From positions 171,027 to 235,026 of the forward strand of contig JAHLWZ010000505.1 in assembly GCA_020536535.1 (NCBI GenBank): 64,000 nt of DNA. Reading direction: 5' to 3'. Source of the stretch: Pelomyxa schiedti (taxonomy: Eukaryota; Protista; Evosea). Positions 37,614 through 49,240 of the stretch are shown in pieces; the first letter of the stretch is position 1; each line of letters begins with the position of its first letter. Made by a program: the position numbers and the translations under genes. Under the pieces are notes generated by a model. The model saw nothing but the letters and a program-made list of their open reading frames with translations, searched no databases and was not told the DNA's origin.

Positions 37614-39366
37614 ATGTCGACAGAGACGACACCCGAAAATGCGACACCAGTCGAGACCCCAGATCTCCACCCAGAAACCAGCGCCGGAGACAAATCGATG
37701 GTAGATGAGACACCTACTACCGTAACACCGACCACTGCCGAAACTGCTACTACAACAACTACTACCTCTACCACTGATACAGCGACAACAACGCCTTCGG
37801 CCGAGGTTCCTGTTGAGGCGCCCAAAGAGCCTGAGAAGAAAGACGACGCCGAGGAGAAAGTTGAGGAGAAGCAGACCACGGCAACAGAGCAAGTTGTCGA
37901 GAAAGTCGAGCCGCTGGTGGTTGTGCAAAAGGAGCCGGAGACTGAGAATATAGCAGTGAAGACAGAGGAGCCTGCCAAGACCACTACTCCTGAGGCCGCG
38001 TGCGTGCCAGAGAAGAAGGAGGAGGAGTGCAAAGTTCCAGAAACTCCAGTGGAGCCTCCAAAGGCTGAGGTAATACCTGCACCAGAGGAACCCAAGCCTG
38101 TCCCCCAACCTGAGGTAATCACCCCAGCGCCAGAGGTGCTCCCTGTTAAAGAGCCCGAACCCTCAACCGAAATCAAAAGTTTGGAAATTCCACCAACTAA
38201 AGTGGAGGAGCCAGTACACACAATTGAAACACCAGCAGAACCCAAAGTAACTCCAGTGGAACCCGAAGTAAAGCCAGTCGAACCTGCAGTGACTACGGTA
38301 GCAACCCCTGTTGAGCAGCCAAAACCCGAAGCCACAATTGTTCCCAATCCAACAGAGGCACCCCAGCCAACACCCCTTGAGCTTCCCAGGAGTATGGCAC
38401 ATATCATCTCTGCGTGGTCCACGTCGCCACCCGAGGAGATTGAAGAGAAGCCAGTTGTGAAGGAAGAGCCCGCACTTATGCAGGAAACCCCCATGCCCTG
38501 CTCCACAACAACCACAGTAGCTCCCGAGCATGTGGCTGCTGAAAAGTCCACAGCAGCCGCGCCAGAGCCTGTTGCCCCAGTTGAACCCGAGATAGCACCA
38601 TTGAAAATTGAGTGGGTTGTACCCGAAGCACTCAAGCCAGGTTTTTCCTATTCCTGGATTCCTCCCTTCACTCAACAAAGTCTAATATCCCGTAGTTACT
38701 TCACTGATCCTGTGGAAGCAGCCCATTAAAACAGCTGGTGTTCTGTTACTTGTCCAACTCATTTTTTACTTCTTCCTGTGGTCCAAATCCTCGGTTTTGA
38801 CCATGGTGTGCCACTTCCATCTTGCCATCCTCCTTGCCTATGCTGTTCATATCTACGGCAATAAATTTGCAGTTCACTATCTCGGTGTATCAGTAGACAC
38901 AAAGGAGTAAGTGCACCCCGCCTCGAAATACTCCTCTTTAATCCCCTTTCTAGATCTCTTGAACCCGCCACCATAAATCAGAAGACTTTGCAAGAACTCA
39001 TATCTCCAATCCTTGCCGCCCTCGATGCAATCTTGCAGTACTTCATCAAAGTGTTTTACTTCGAGGAGCCCCGCCAATCGTTCGTGGTATGCACAACGCC
39101 CTCCCGGCCAGTGATTAGCTAATCCCAGCTTCCAGGCTTTTATTGGACTGTACCTTGTCTCCAAGGTTGGCAAATACTTCAGTGGTGTAACCCTTGCCTA
39201 CCTCGTCATTTTGACTCTGTTTGTTGTACCTCCTCTCTACATGAGGTACAAGGCACAAATTGACAAGCAAGTGTGTATTGCACACAAGCTCACAAGCACC
39301 CACGTGCGCCGAGTCGTTGCCAAAGCAAAAGGCTTCGTCAACAGCAAGAAAAAGAAAGTCGAGTAG
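37614..39366 (+). CDS. Reticulon with a long Pro/Glu/Thr-rich N-terminal region
   Basis: ORF 37614..38729 is low-complexity. It splices to LILWKQPIKTAGVL..., LYLVSKVGKYFSGVTLAYL..., PPLYMRYKAQIDK and ends KKKVE* (di-lysine ER motif). Confidence 0.85.
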
Positions 39367-39484
39367 AACAAATCCCAACAAACAAAAGTAAACATACACA
39401 GACACACAACACAGTAGAGAAAAACAAAATTGTTTTTTAATCCCCTCCCGTAATCACTCTTTTCTTGTGCCTTTTTTCTTTCCC

Positions 39485-41232
39485 CTAGAGCTTTGCTCCT
39501 TGCTTTTTTACAGCAAGGGGAAAGAAGGGGTGTTTTAGGAGGGAGACAGAGGCACCTGACATAAGGACAGGTTTGTTGGATAACTCAAATGGTTGGATGA
39601 CGGGGTTGTGGACGCCTTGGTCCAATTGCCAGAATCTCTGGCAGTAGCAGGAGGCAAAATGACTCAGTGAGGCATTCTGGCTGGGTGATGTTAGTTCGAA
39701 CCCTACGGGATATCAATATGCTTACAATGGGAAGGGTTTCAGTGGAAAACTGTTAGACCGCCGTACAGCACCAGATGAAATGGAAACTTCGGCAAAAAAA
39801 CCACTGTAGAAAGCCGTGTTGTTTGTGGCATTGTACAGTATAATCACACTTATTAGAACTTTCTCAGAGTGTTCCAACAAGGAAATAACCTTAATTTTGC
39901 CAAGTTAAAACCAAGCAAGCTAAAGGTATGTACATTAAGGCAGTAATCAACCAACTCGTATCCTGGGAAAGCTCTAGGAAAGAAGTATTCCGGTTCAAAT
40001 ACTTGAACCTCAGTAATCTGTGGCTGGTGTTTCGTATAAATTGACAGTAAAATGTACATACAGCTTTCTTGGAGTAGTGCAACACCTTAATGGAGTCCCC
40101 TGCGAAAAGTGTATGAATCAATTCTACCAAGAAGGAAAAATTTGTGTTGGTTGTCACATACCAGTGTTGATAACTATAACTGGCAAATAAACCCCAACAC
40201 TCCAAAGAGTGGAAAAAGCTTGATAGGAACAAATATCACAGCACACAAAGTGAACAGGTTGATTATCGGATTGTTCTTGTTCATCAAGTGACGAGACTTG
40301 TGCATTATCGTCATGTATCTTCATTTTTGTGGCAGACGAATAGTGCCCATTGTCACTTTGTGGTGCCGGGATTACAGACAAAAATGCATTGGTAGTCGCT
40401 GTGGACCCAACACCTTGGGAGACGGTAGATTGCTGACCCCAGACAACTTTTTGGTGTTAGTTGTTGTAAAACCGAAAAGTGTATGAAAGTGCTGTAATGA
40501 AGGTATGAAGAGATAAGGAGACATGCTGAAAAATTTTGAATCAACAGTCTCAATCACTTTAATTAAGGGGTTGTCCAATGACACACAAGGATCCACTGAA
40601 AAGAGAGGACACTCAAAGCACTTTTTAGAATTAGTGGGACGAGAATAATTAGATGAACCACCTTTCTCAACTGTAGATGTGGATTGAAGCACCAGAGTTG
40701 AAATGTGTATGCAAACGAAGTGCTCGCAATGAACATGTTATCCTCGCACATTTTGGTGGTGAAAGAAACAAGGTGGTTTCCATCTCTGGTGAAACCTTTG
40801 GTATACAAGAGTAAAAAGTATACCAAGAAGTATACAACAACGACGACCAAGATGAGAGAAAGAATATTTCGAAAAAATACAGAATACACACCAAGTATTA
40901 CACAACCAGAGAGAATCTCTGTATTGTCGCCTACTACTTTGTGCAAAGGGACACACAAACGATGGGGGATCTCTCTATACTCTACTCGTCGGTTTCTAAT
41001 TTATCTCGTAAGTAACAGTCAGAAAGTCAGCCACGTGATGCCATGCGCGACCCTCATTAAATATGACAAAATGATACATCTTCACCACCTAGACGAGATC
41101 TCCCGTCGTCGTATCTGCACCACAATGTTGTCTCGTTCGGAAATTTTTTTTTGTTTGTATGTTTTTGTTTTTGAAAGTGACACTTCCAAAAGTCTGTTGC
41201 AGAAGTTTGTTGTCTATTTCTATTTCTTCCAT
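39485..41232 (-). CDS. DCAF15: DCAF15-like CRL4 substrate receptor (start codon unresolved)
   Basis: IPHRLCVPLHKVV...GCVILGFTRDGNHLVSFT...YTFQLWCFNPHLQLRK resembles the DCAF15 N-terminal signature. The C-terminus reads LSNKPVLMSGASVSLLKHP. Confidence 0.7.
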
Positions 41233-41263
41233 AGTACAAAGTCACTGTTGGAGTGACCACGGT

Positions 41264-42553
41264 TTAGTTGGTACATTGTGGTAGGTTGTTTGTGTAGCAG
41301 TATTCCCTCCTGGTGTTGGGATACATCATTGCGGCATTTGTGCCACACCTCTGGTGAATGTGCTGTTTGTTGTTGCTGTAGGTTGTGACGGCGGTGGTGT
41401 TTGTGGGTATTTGCTGTGCTGGAGTTGCGTGAAAATATGAGAGGCCGGGTTTGGGAGCAAATGCGGGGGTGGAATATGAAGAGGGGTAGGGGAGTGCATT
41501 TACAAGTGTGGATTTGGAGGTGTTGGTGGAACCTCCTTGGAGGGAGGCTGGGTTTGTAGTGCCACTTGGAGCACTGCAAGTTTGAAGAGGGGAAATGGTA
41601 TTGTGGGGTGCTATCATTTTTACATTAGATTCTACACTGCTGGAACCTAGTTGGGGCAATAAGTAATGGGGCTTTGAAGGAGGGCTCATACAAGATGTTA
41701 CAAGGGCCAGGTAGCGACTATACTGCTGTACATCTACATACAGATCGAACCTGTACAAAATTAGAAAAGGTTAAGGAGTACTGATTATCGCACTTCAGAA
41801 GATTCAACAAAGTTTTCTCCATTCGATTGAGATCGGTTAGGGAGATTCCCCCCACTTTACTGTAAAACACATTGTTGAAGACTCTGTCTTCAAGGTATTT
41901 ATTTGCCAGTACTATACTGTAGGAAGATGAGATGGAAAAAAAATATAGATGATTAGTGTACCAAGTAATAAACAAACGGTGGACGTTGAAGTATGTAATA
42001 CAAAAGGATTTGTTCAAGGTGAGGAGCCTATCTATATACACAAGAGCGCAGACTATTGCTCCGACATTGTAGCCGATGTGTTGCTCGATCCTACAAGCAA
42101 AAAATCAGACAGATAAAAGAAATCAAGAAACGACCTTTGAATGTAGGACTGCAACGAAATGGAGGGAGCTCTATGCAAGCTGCTTTCGAACGACAAGTCC
42201 GGTCTCAAAGCAGAGTCACCAGAAGCGCCGTCATGGTATGAAACCACATCCCCTGACGTTTTGTTGCTGCCATCTGTTGCTCCAATAAGTCCACTTTGCC
42301 AAGCTATCAAGTTTGCCAACATCATTGCCACAGGCACAGACAAACTTGTTCCTCTGCTCTCCTGCTGAGGGTGGTCACAAAACTTCGACGAGAGCACGGT
42401 TTCGTTCTTGTCTGCCAAAATGACGTTTCCGCAGCAATCGCCGGTCCTTGTAGTCGTTGTTGCACAACAACCGGAACAGCAAGATCTAGATCTAGTTGCC
42501 TCCACTAACATTACACCATGTCGTACTTCTTGTCGTTGTTTTACAGCTTGCAT
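41264..42553 (-). CDS. PHO80/P-U-type cyclin
   Basis: Motifs PSISLQSYIQRI, ALVYIDRL, NVHRLFIT, ANKYLEDRVFNNVFYSKVGGISLTDLNRME. Confidence 0.9.
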
Positions 42554-43124
42554 GTTTACACACGGATCTACCGTTGGCCACGTCGTTACTCTTTCTTATT
42601 TTTTATAAAATATGTGTTTTGGTACTGTATGATTTGTTGCTTCGGAGTCCGATCAGATCTCTGATTAACCGAAAACATTTTTAGAGATAGGACAGGATCA
42701 ATGCATAACTGATGTTAGTTCTGGGCGATGTTTTTTCGCCACATCAGAATCTAGAACGAAAATTCCTGTGGGCTTTTCAGAGGCTCACTGAGGAAACCCC
42801 ACTACGTTTGATGCAAACACGTGTGTCGCCCTCCAAGGGAGGAAATAGTCCTGTTTCGATGAAGAAAGGCACCAGTATTGTGATTGAGAGTACTGGTGGT
42901 TGTTGTTGGGAGGTTTACTGGTATGTTTTACTTCCGATTCGCATGTTGTGTGAACTATAGTGTCCCTAATCAAGAAGAAGCCAACAATGTTGAATTCCAC
43001 AAAATCAGTTGTGTCGAAGTCACCGACATCAACCGAACCCCACCTCATCAATCAAATGGACCTCCCGGTGGGGATTTTTGTTTTCAGCTGCCACCGTTTG
43101 CTGGTGGTTCTTCTGCATTAGGGG

Positions 43125-46100
43125 ATGGGTGCCAGGATTGGCCACGTTTCATGGCGTGGGCCTGAGATTCTGGCTGTTGTCAGTGTGTTGTTGGTGGTCC
43201 ATTCTGGTCTCGTTGAGTCCGCTGTGTGGAAAGAGACCCTCTACTACCAAATTGATGGTTGTTGTTGATGGGCAATGTGCCTGCCTTTTTTTTTCTTTTT
43301 CTTTTCTTTTCTTTTTCTTTTCCTTCCTTCCTCTCGTCTGGTCCCATAAGTCATGAACACCAAACTTCCAGGTTCCGGGACATGTTCCACACTTGTGTGG
43401 GTTGATGTTGTAAAGGCATCTTCTTGCACTGAGTCTGACATATGCACTTACGTGAACGGCAGTGACTATTCAACAAGGGTTCAGTGCTATGACTACCCCC
43501 CAAGAATTGACCTCTACTTTGATGAGTGTGTCTGTGCACCTTTTTCAATTGGATGCACCTGTGCCACTTTACTAAGCTCAACATGAAGTTACATTTCTGC
43601 TACATACTGGATTAATGCATGTAACTGGGAACCAGACTTGAACCGGTTCCATGTTTTTGCAAGTGGTTGCTGGAGCAATTTTGATACCAAGCTCTCCTCT
43701 TCATTTAGTTGTGATGCAGAAAAAGGGACCATAACTGTAATAATGCGCAGTACTTAGTTTCACTGTGCCTGACATAATAAAAGGAACTCAAGTCGGCCTC
43801 TTCAAAATGCTCTGAGTCCTGGATTTATCAACAAAAAACACCACAAATTCTAGACCAATATGCTGGCTGCTTTTTCGTAAATTCATACCTACTGAGTGTG
43901 AACTGTTCAACTCAATCAAACATGACGACTGTTTCTGCATTTCAGCTTATCTCTCGTTATGCAATTGCTTCCACTGAAGGTTTGCATTTCCGTATCCTTT
44001 AGTCCCATCGGGTGTCACGTTTGGTTGGGCAGGTGCCACTTGTGAATCCGCAACTGCAGGGATTATCGAGTACGAGTATTATTTCACGGATAACTGCCAG
44101 ATAATTGATTGCTTTGGGGGTCTGCACTGGATGGAGAGTTGGTCTTGTCAAATGGCAGAGCCTGATCCCTGGGTTCTTGTTCCAGATCCTGCCAATCCGT
44201 ATGCTTCCCACCCCCATCAGATATCCTTTTCTCTGACAGTGGTTGCGGTAAGTCCTTACATGGCCACATTCTTCACTAAGAGGGACACTTTCTGTAATGG
44301 AGATAACGTGACAACCACCAAAGTATGGCCATCTACCTGCATTGTTGGATCAGCCTCAATGTCAGTAAAATTTGTGGAAGAAGACCACTTCTATGTAGTT
44401 CAACTCCCTTTTGGGTACACTTTCTTATATCAGCGCAACAGATATACCAATACCAAGGAGCGAACTGCACTGGTTCTGCTTCAGTAGTTTTTCGTCTCTT
44501 CAAAGCCACTACTTCCATTGAAAATTGCTACTGTAACAGCTATTTTTCGTTTTGTTATGACATGAGCCGCAAGAATCTCACAGAAGGTTACCAAACAATC
44601 GAGTATTATACCGGAAATGACACCAATGGTTTTATCCTTCTGGTCCTTCTTCTTTTAGTGATCATCCCCAGCTTCTATTTTCATGGTTGAGCAGTACTAC
44701 TCCTTGCACTGCAAAAATACAACCGTTCCAAGGCTGAAATCCAGTGACAATTTCTTTGAGAATTGGTTTTGCACAAACAAGCTGCCAGACCCATTCGAAG
44801 GCTATTGGCCAGAGTATGCACCCGGTCCCCTACAACAACTGACTTGATTCACAGTGCCATTCTTAGTCTATTTTATGGTGCCACCAAAGGAGCTTGTGGA
44901 CAGTCCTGTTACCCTTGGAGGTACAGAAGGGCCCTAACAAGACACTGTATTGCTGACCAGGACCCATTAAGAGGTCACATATCTGCAATATGCAGTTCAG
45001 AAGCACGTGCCGCTTCCTTGGATGTGTGGCTTACTTGTTACACTTCTTTCCAAGTTTGTTTTAGATCCGTATTCAAGGGGATGCTAACTGCACTGGGGGC
45101 TCCACTGTTAGACTGATTTGGGCAACTTTCTTGAGCGCAGACTACTGCTATCAAGATAATATGATGTCCGTATCGTATTCTGAGTTACACTGTGACCCCC
45201 CAAACCCTGCTTACCAAGTTGTGGAAACTTTGGTTGACTCAACAAGTGTGACAAAGGATTTCAATTTCTATCTCTAATGAACGGATACAAATAAACACGG
45301 TGGCAGACCTTCTCCAGGTTGATATCTCTTGGACCCAATACTGTGTCGACAGTGACCCTGCAGTGTCCTCTTCCAACCTCACAGTGTCACAATCATGTGA
45401 ATTAACTGCACCAACATTTGTTGACATTGACTTGTGCGTTCTTTCTTCTTTTCCTCCATGCTCACTTCTGACAGCCCGATCACAGTGACTCGTTATGCAG
45501 ACCCTTTCTGTACCAAGCCCCTGGGCAGCTTGTCATACTTCTCACCGGAGTGCCGTGACTCCAATGTTACTGGCGATTCATACTACTGTTCACTCAAAAT
45601 GGATGACAGCTTGGCCAACTTGACAGTGTGTCCACCTGCCTAAAAACCAAGTTGCCTACAAACAAACAAACGTCCAGGCTTCGAGCTGCTCTGCAGACTT
45701 GTTGGATGAGTGTCGGGGTGCCTGCAGTAATGTTAGCACTCCGGTGTATGCGTATTCATGGGACAATCCTGCTGGGGGTTGCTTCTGGGACTCAATGAGA
45801 CAGGTATATGTGAATGTGGAACCTGCTCCAGCGAATCCAGCATGGCAGGTCATTTACACGTTTCCTGGCCCAGTAATTGGTATGTGTGCTTTTTTTTCCA
45901 TTACTGGGTGGTCTCATTTGCTATCGACGCCGAAAAAACAGATGATGACGACGACTACAGAACAAGTGCAACTGAAGTTATGTACTCTTGGTCTGACAAC
46001 TGCGTGGAGTACGACATTGGTTGGCTGTACTACAATGATAACGTGATGAAGAGGGCCGTGTGCATGTCGGACGAGGAGCCGGATTTGTACAGTGTCTGGG

Positions 46101-48042
46101 CTGAGTTTGTCCACCTCTTTTTTGCTCGATCTTAACTTTTCCATTCTCAGTGCCTATGTGGTTCAAGTCCTGCTGGACTCGGAAGAAGAAAGGTGGGAAG
46201 GCACATGGGCATACAATCCTGGCTGTGTGAATTCCTCTGGAGGTGATAATACTAGTTATTCACATGTCTGCAACTGGGATCAGGACACGTTTATAGGGAC
46301 AATTTTGGTGTGTGAATCCAGAATTTTTGTTTGTTTTTCCAGCAGAGTTTGCTTTTTTTTTTTTTTTTTTTTGGGCCATTGGTTTTAGTTCGTTTTCTGA
46401 AAGACAGGGTACCCAGGTAGTGGCTTATTCCGCTGCAAACTGCACTGGGAATATTACATCTTCCACTATAGTGTCCACGTATGCCGGAAGTGGTAGTGAA
46501 ACAAGTTTGAACGCGGAGAAATTCACTACCAAGTACTATTGTCTGAACCCCAACCAAAGGTGGCAAATAATCAAAGAACACATTGGCAGTGAGCCAGGTT
46601 TTTTCCCTTATTCTGTTGTGCCATCGTTTTCCACAGCATGAAAACAAACTCACTCAATTCCCCACAGAGGACCCAATTTACCGAGTCACTGCTTATATCA
46701 AACCATTCTGTGAAACATATTCGGAGATGTCACTGCATGGATCACTTTATGATGCAGACTGCCGAGAAATAGAAGCGAGCGATCCCCCCCAGGGCATGGA
46801 TTACTTCAATGAACAGTTCGTCTCTCCCAACTCGGAGCTCATTTTTTCTCCAGTAAGTAAGCTTCACTTCCAGGCCTGTTGAGATTCTGTGGTTCTCGTC
46901 AGACACGTGCACCAACTTGACTTTCACTTCGTGGTACTCGCTTGACTGCCTCACAGTCAGCAACACAGAAGAGTCATCATTTTTCCTTTCATACTGCAGT
47001 GTGGCCAATTCTCAAGCAATCGTGTGTAGTCCTTTTCGGGCTGTTTTTCCTCTCTCTCATATCTCAAACCCTTGTGGTGCAGATATCCATGTACTACGGC
47101 AAGCAGTGTCCAACGCAGCTTGAAGATGTCACTCATTGGGAATACATCGTCACTCCGAAGAGTGGCGAAGCGAGGCAGCAGTGCAACGTACTGGACAGTA
47201 ACCACCACTACGACACGGACTTCTACACCGGATTCTACCAGATATACAGCTGTGGTGCATACAGTAACCTTGTCAGCTACAACATGGATATTCTGTTCGA
47301 CGGAACCAATTCTGGTTTGTTTTGCATTCCCGTCCGTTTAGTTTCTCCATCTCCAACGGCGGTGTTTTCAACAAGATTGCACTTGGGGAGAGCGAGAACA
47401 ACAACAACCCCTTTACGGGTCAGGTACCCTCACGAGGTTCTGTGAATATTCTCAAAGCGGCACATGCGAACCCGTCGTTTCCTACCGGCAAGCAACTTAC
47501 TTCATCAACCGGACCTGCCTCAGCCAGTCCACACTCACGGAAATAGCCAAATCATTCACTGGAGGGTATGTTCATTTACTTTTTCGTTTTCCCGCCCTCA
47601 AAATACCAACCAAAAAAAAAAAAAAAACAACCACATCAACACCCAAAACACACATACTCAGCATCAAAGCTTCCCACCTTAACTCACCAACAACAGTGCG
47701 GTCTTGCTGTATTCATCCACAACAAGCTGCAACACGGAAGACATGACGTCGGTCTACTACTACCGCGGAGGTGACTGCCAATGCACCGAGAGCGAGTGCT
47801 GGTCCCTGTACTGCACCCACACCATCGACACCGACGACGAGTGGGACCCAGGCTCCGTGTCATTCACGCACTACACGTGGGACCACGGCGTGGAGTGCGA
47901 TCACGACACCAGACAGGTCACTCTGGCCACCGATTCTGTGTGTGACGACGGCAGGCTGTGGATATGTGGCTCTTCCATTGTTCTGCCAGTCATCGTCCTC
48001 AAGCTTCTCTTTGTTGTTGCTGCTGTTCTCAGCCTGGCTTGA
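43125..48042 (+). CDS. Large secreted Cys/Tyr-rich cell-surface protein with a hydrophobic C-terminus (GPI/TM anchor)
   Basis: Signal-peptide-like N-terminus MGARIG...ILAVVSVLLVVHSGLVESA. Many exons carry Y-x4-C motifs and NxS/T sequons. The end is GSSIVLPVIVLKLLFVVAAVLSLA*. A single-gene model is assumed. Confidence 0.65.
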
Positions 48043-48279
48043 CCCAAAGAGTGCCCGCAAAAAACCGAAATGAAATTTCATCACCCCCGCACTGCAATTG
48101 CAAAACAACTTCATAGAAAGAAAAACAAGAGACGTAGAAATTTGGGAAAACATTTTTGCTGTTTCAAAAAATTGATTCGTTGACTTTAAATAGTGGGTAG
48201 GGGTGGTCTGTGCAAACTCTTTTGTATGATCCAAAAGAGTTTCTTCTGGCGTTTCGGCTGTGCCTTGGCTGTGGTGAGC

Positions 48280-49057
48280 TTATGCCTTTCCGGTAAGCTT
48301 TACTCCAAGTACTCGTTCCATTTTGTGGACAAGCTGCATGTTGGGAATGCAGGAGCCGTTTTCGTACTCCGCAACAACTGCTGGCTTTTCATTGAGATGC
48401 TAGTTATTGGTTAGGACCAGTTGGTTTCGGGTTGGTGTTAAAAGTTGAACTGGTGGAAACTGTTACCTGGGCAAGTTCCTTCTGTGTCCAACCCTTTGCG
48501 TTCCTGGCTTGTTGAATCCTCACACTGACAGAGTGGTCAAGTCGGGCATCTTTGTGTCAAATTAAATCAAAATCATGCCTCTCTGAACTAATTACGTGAG
48601 AGATTCTCCTCATTGTTAGGATCCTCTAGTGCTCTCAGTTTGTTAGATTGCAACGAAGAAGGTTTCTTGTTGGTTCCAGCATTAGCTGTGAGCGGAGAGA
48701 AGGTTGAAAAAAAAAGACAGACAAAGGTTACCTCACGTTTCAAAGTTTCGAATGTGCGATGTTTTGGTTGGTTTCCTACCTTTTTTAAGAGTTGACACGG
48801 GAGCTCCAGATTTCACGGCCGCCTTCACAGCATCTGATTTTTTAGGAGGTGCTTTCTTTGCTGCAGGAGGTGCTCGTTTTCTTTGGAAGAAAAGGTGAGA
48901 AAGAAAAAAACAGGAAAAAAAAAGTCGCGAGTGAAAAAGCAAGCAGCGTTATTTTAGCTAAAATAAATTTAAATCAAAATGCGACTATTGTTTGGGTGTC
49001 GGTCTGTATACACAGCACTCACCTAATTACGACAACCTGCCAGTCTTGATCCGTCAT
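48280..49057 (-). CDS. MBF1: Multiprotein bridging factor 1 (MBF1/EDF1)
   Basis: Motifs MTDQDWQVVVIRK, AGTNK, IQQARNAKGWTQKELAQ and NEKPAVVAEYENGSCIPN...KMERVLGVKLTGK. Confidence 0.95.
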
Positions 49058-49240
49058 CTTGGGTAGATTATTTTTTTTCTTTTGACTTTCCAGTAAGGGA
49101 ACTCAGATAAAAAGGAAGGATTCGTGATTCCACTGAGGGAAGACCATCAGACAAACTCCAACGAGTGGGACTACGGATCTGATATCGGAATCCCGACCAG
49201 TTTTTGGGGGGTCAGGAGTCACAGGAGGAGGGTACTCAAG

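Noticed and set aside
37604-38635. 343-aa antisense ORF opposite the reticulon N-terminus (likewise 57751..58476 opposite the GIGYF-like coil)
   Set aside because: Low-complexity coding sequence depletes antisense stop codons. There is no independent motif.
39670-39715. GTTCGAACCC, resembling a tRNA T-loop
   Set aside because: No cloverleaf or acceptor stem can be built, and it lies within the DCAF15 gene on the opposite strand.
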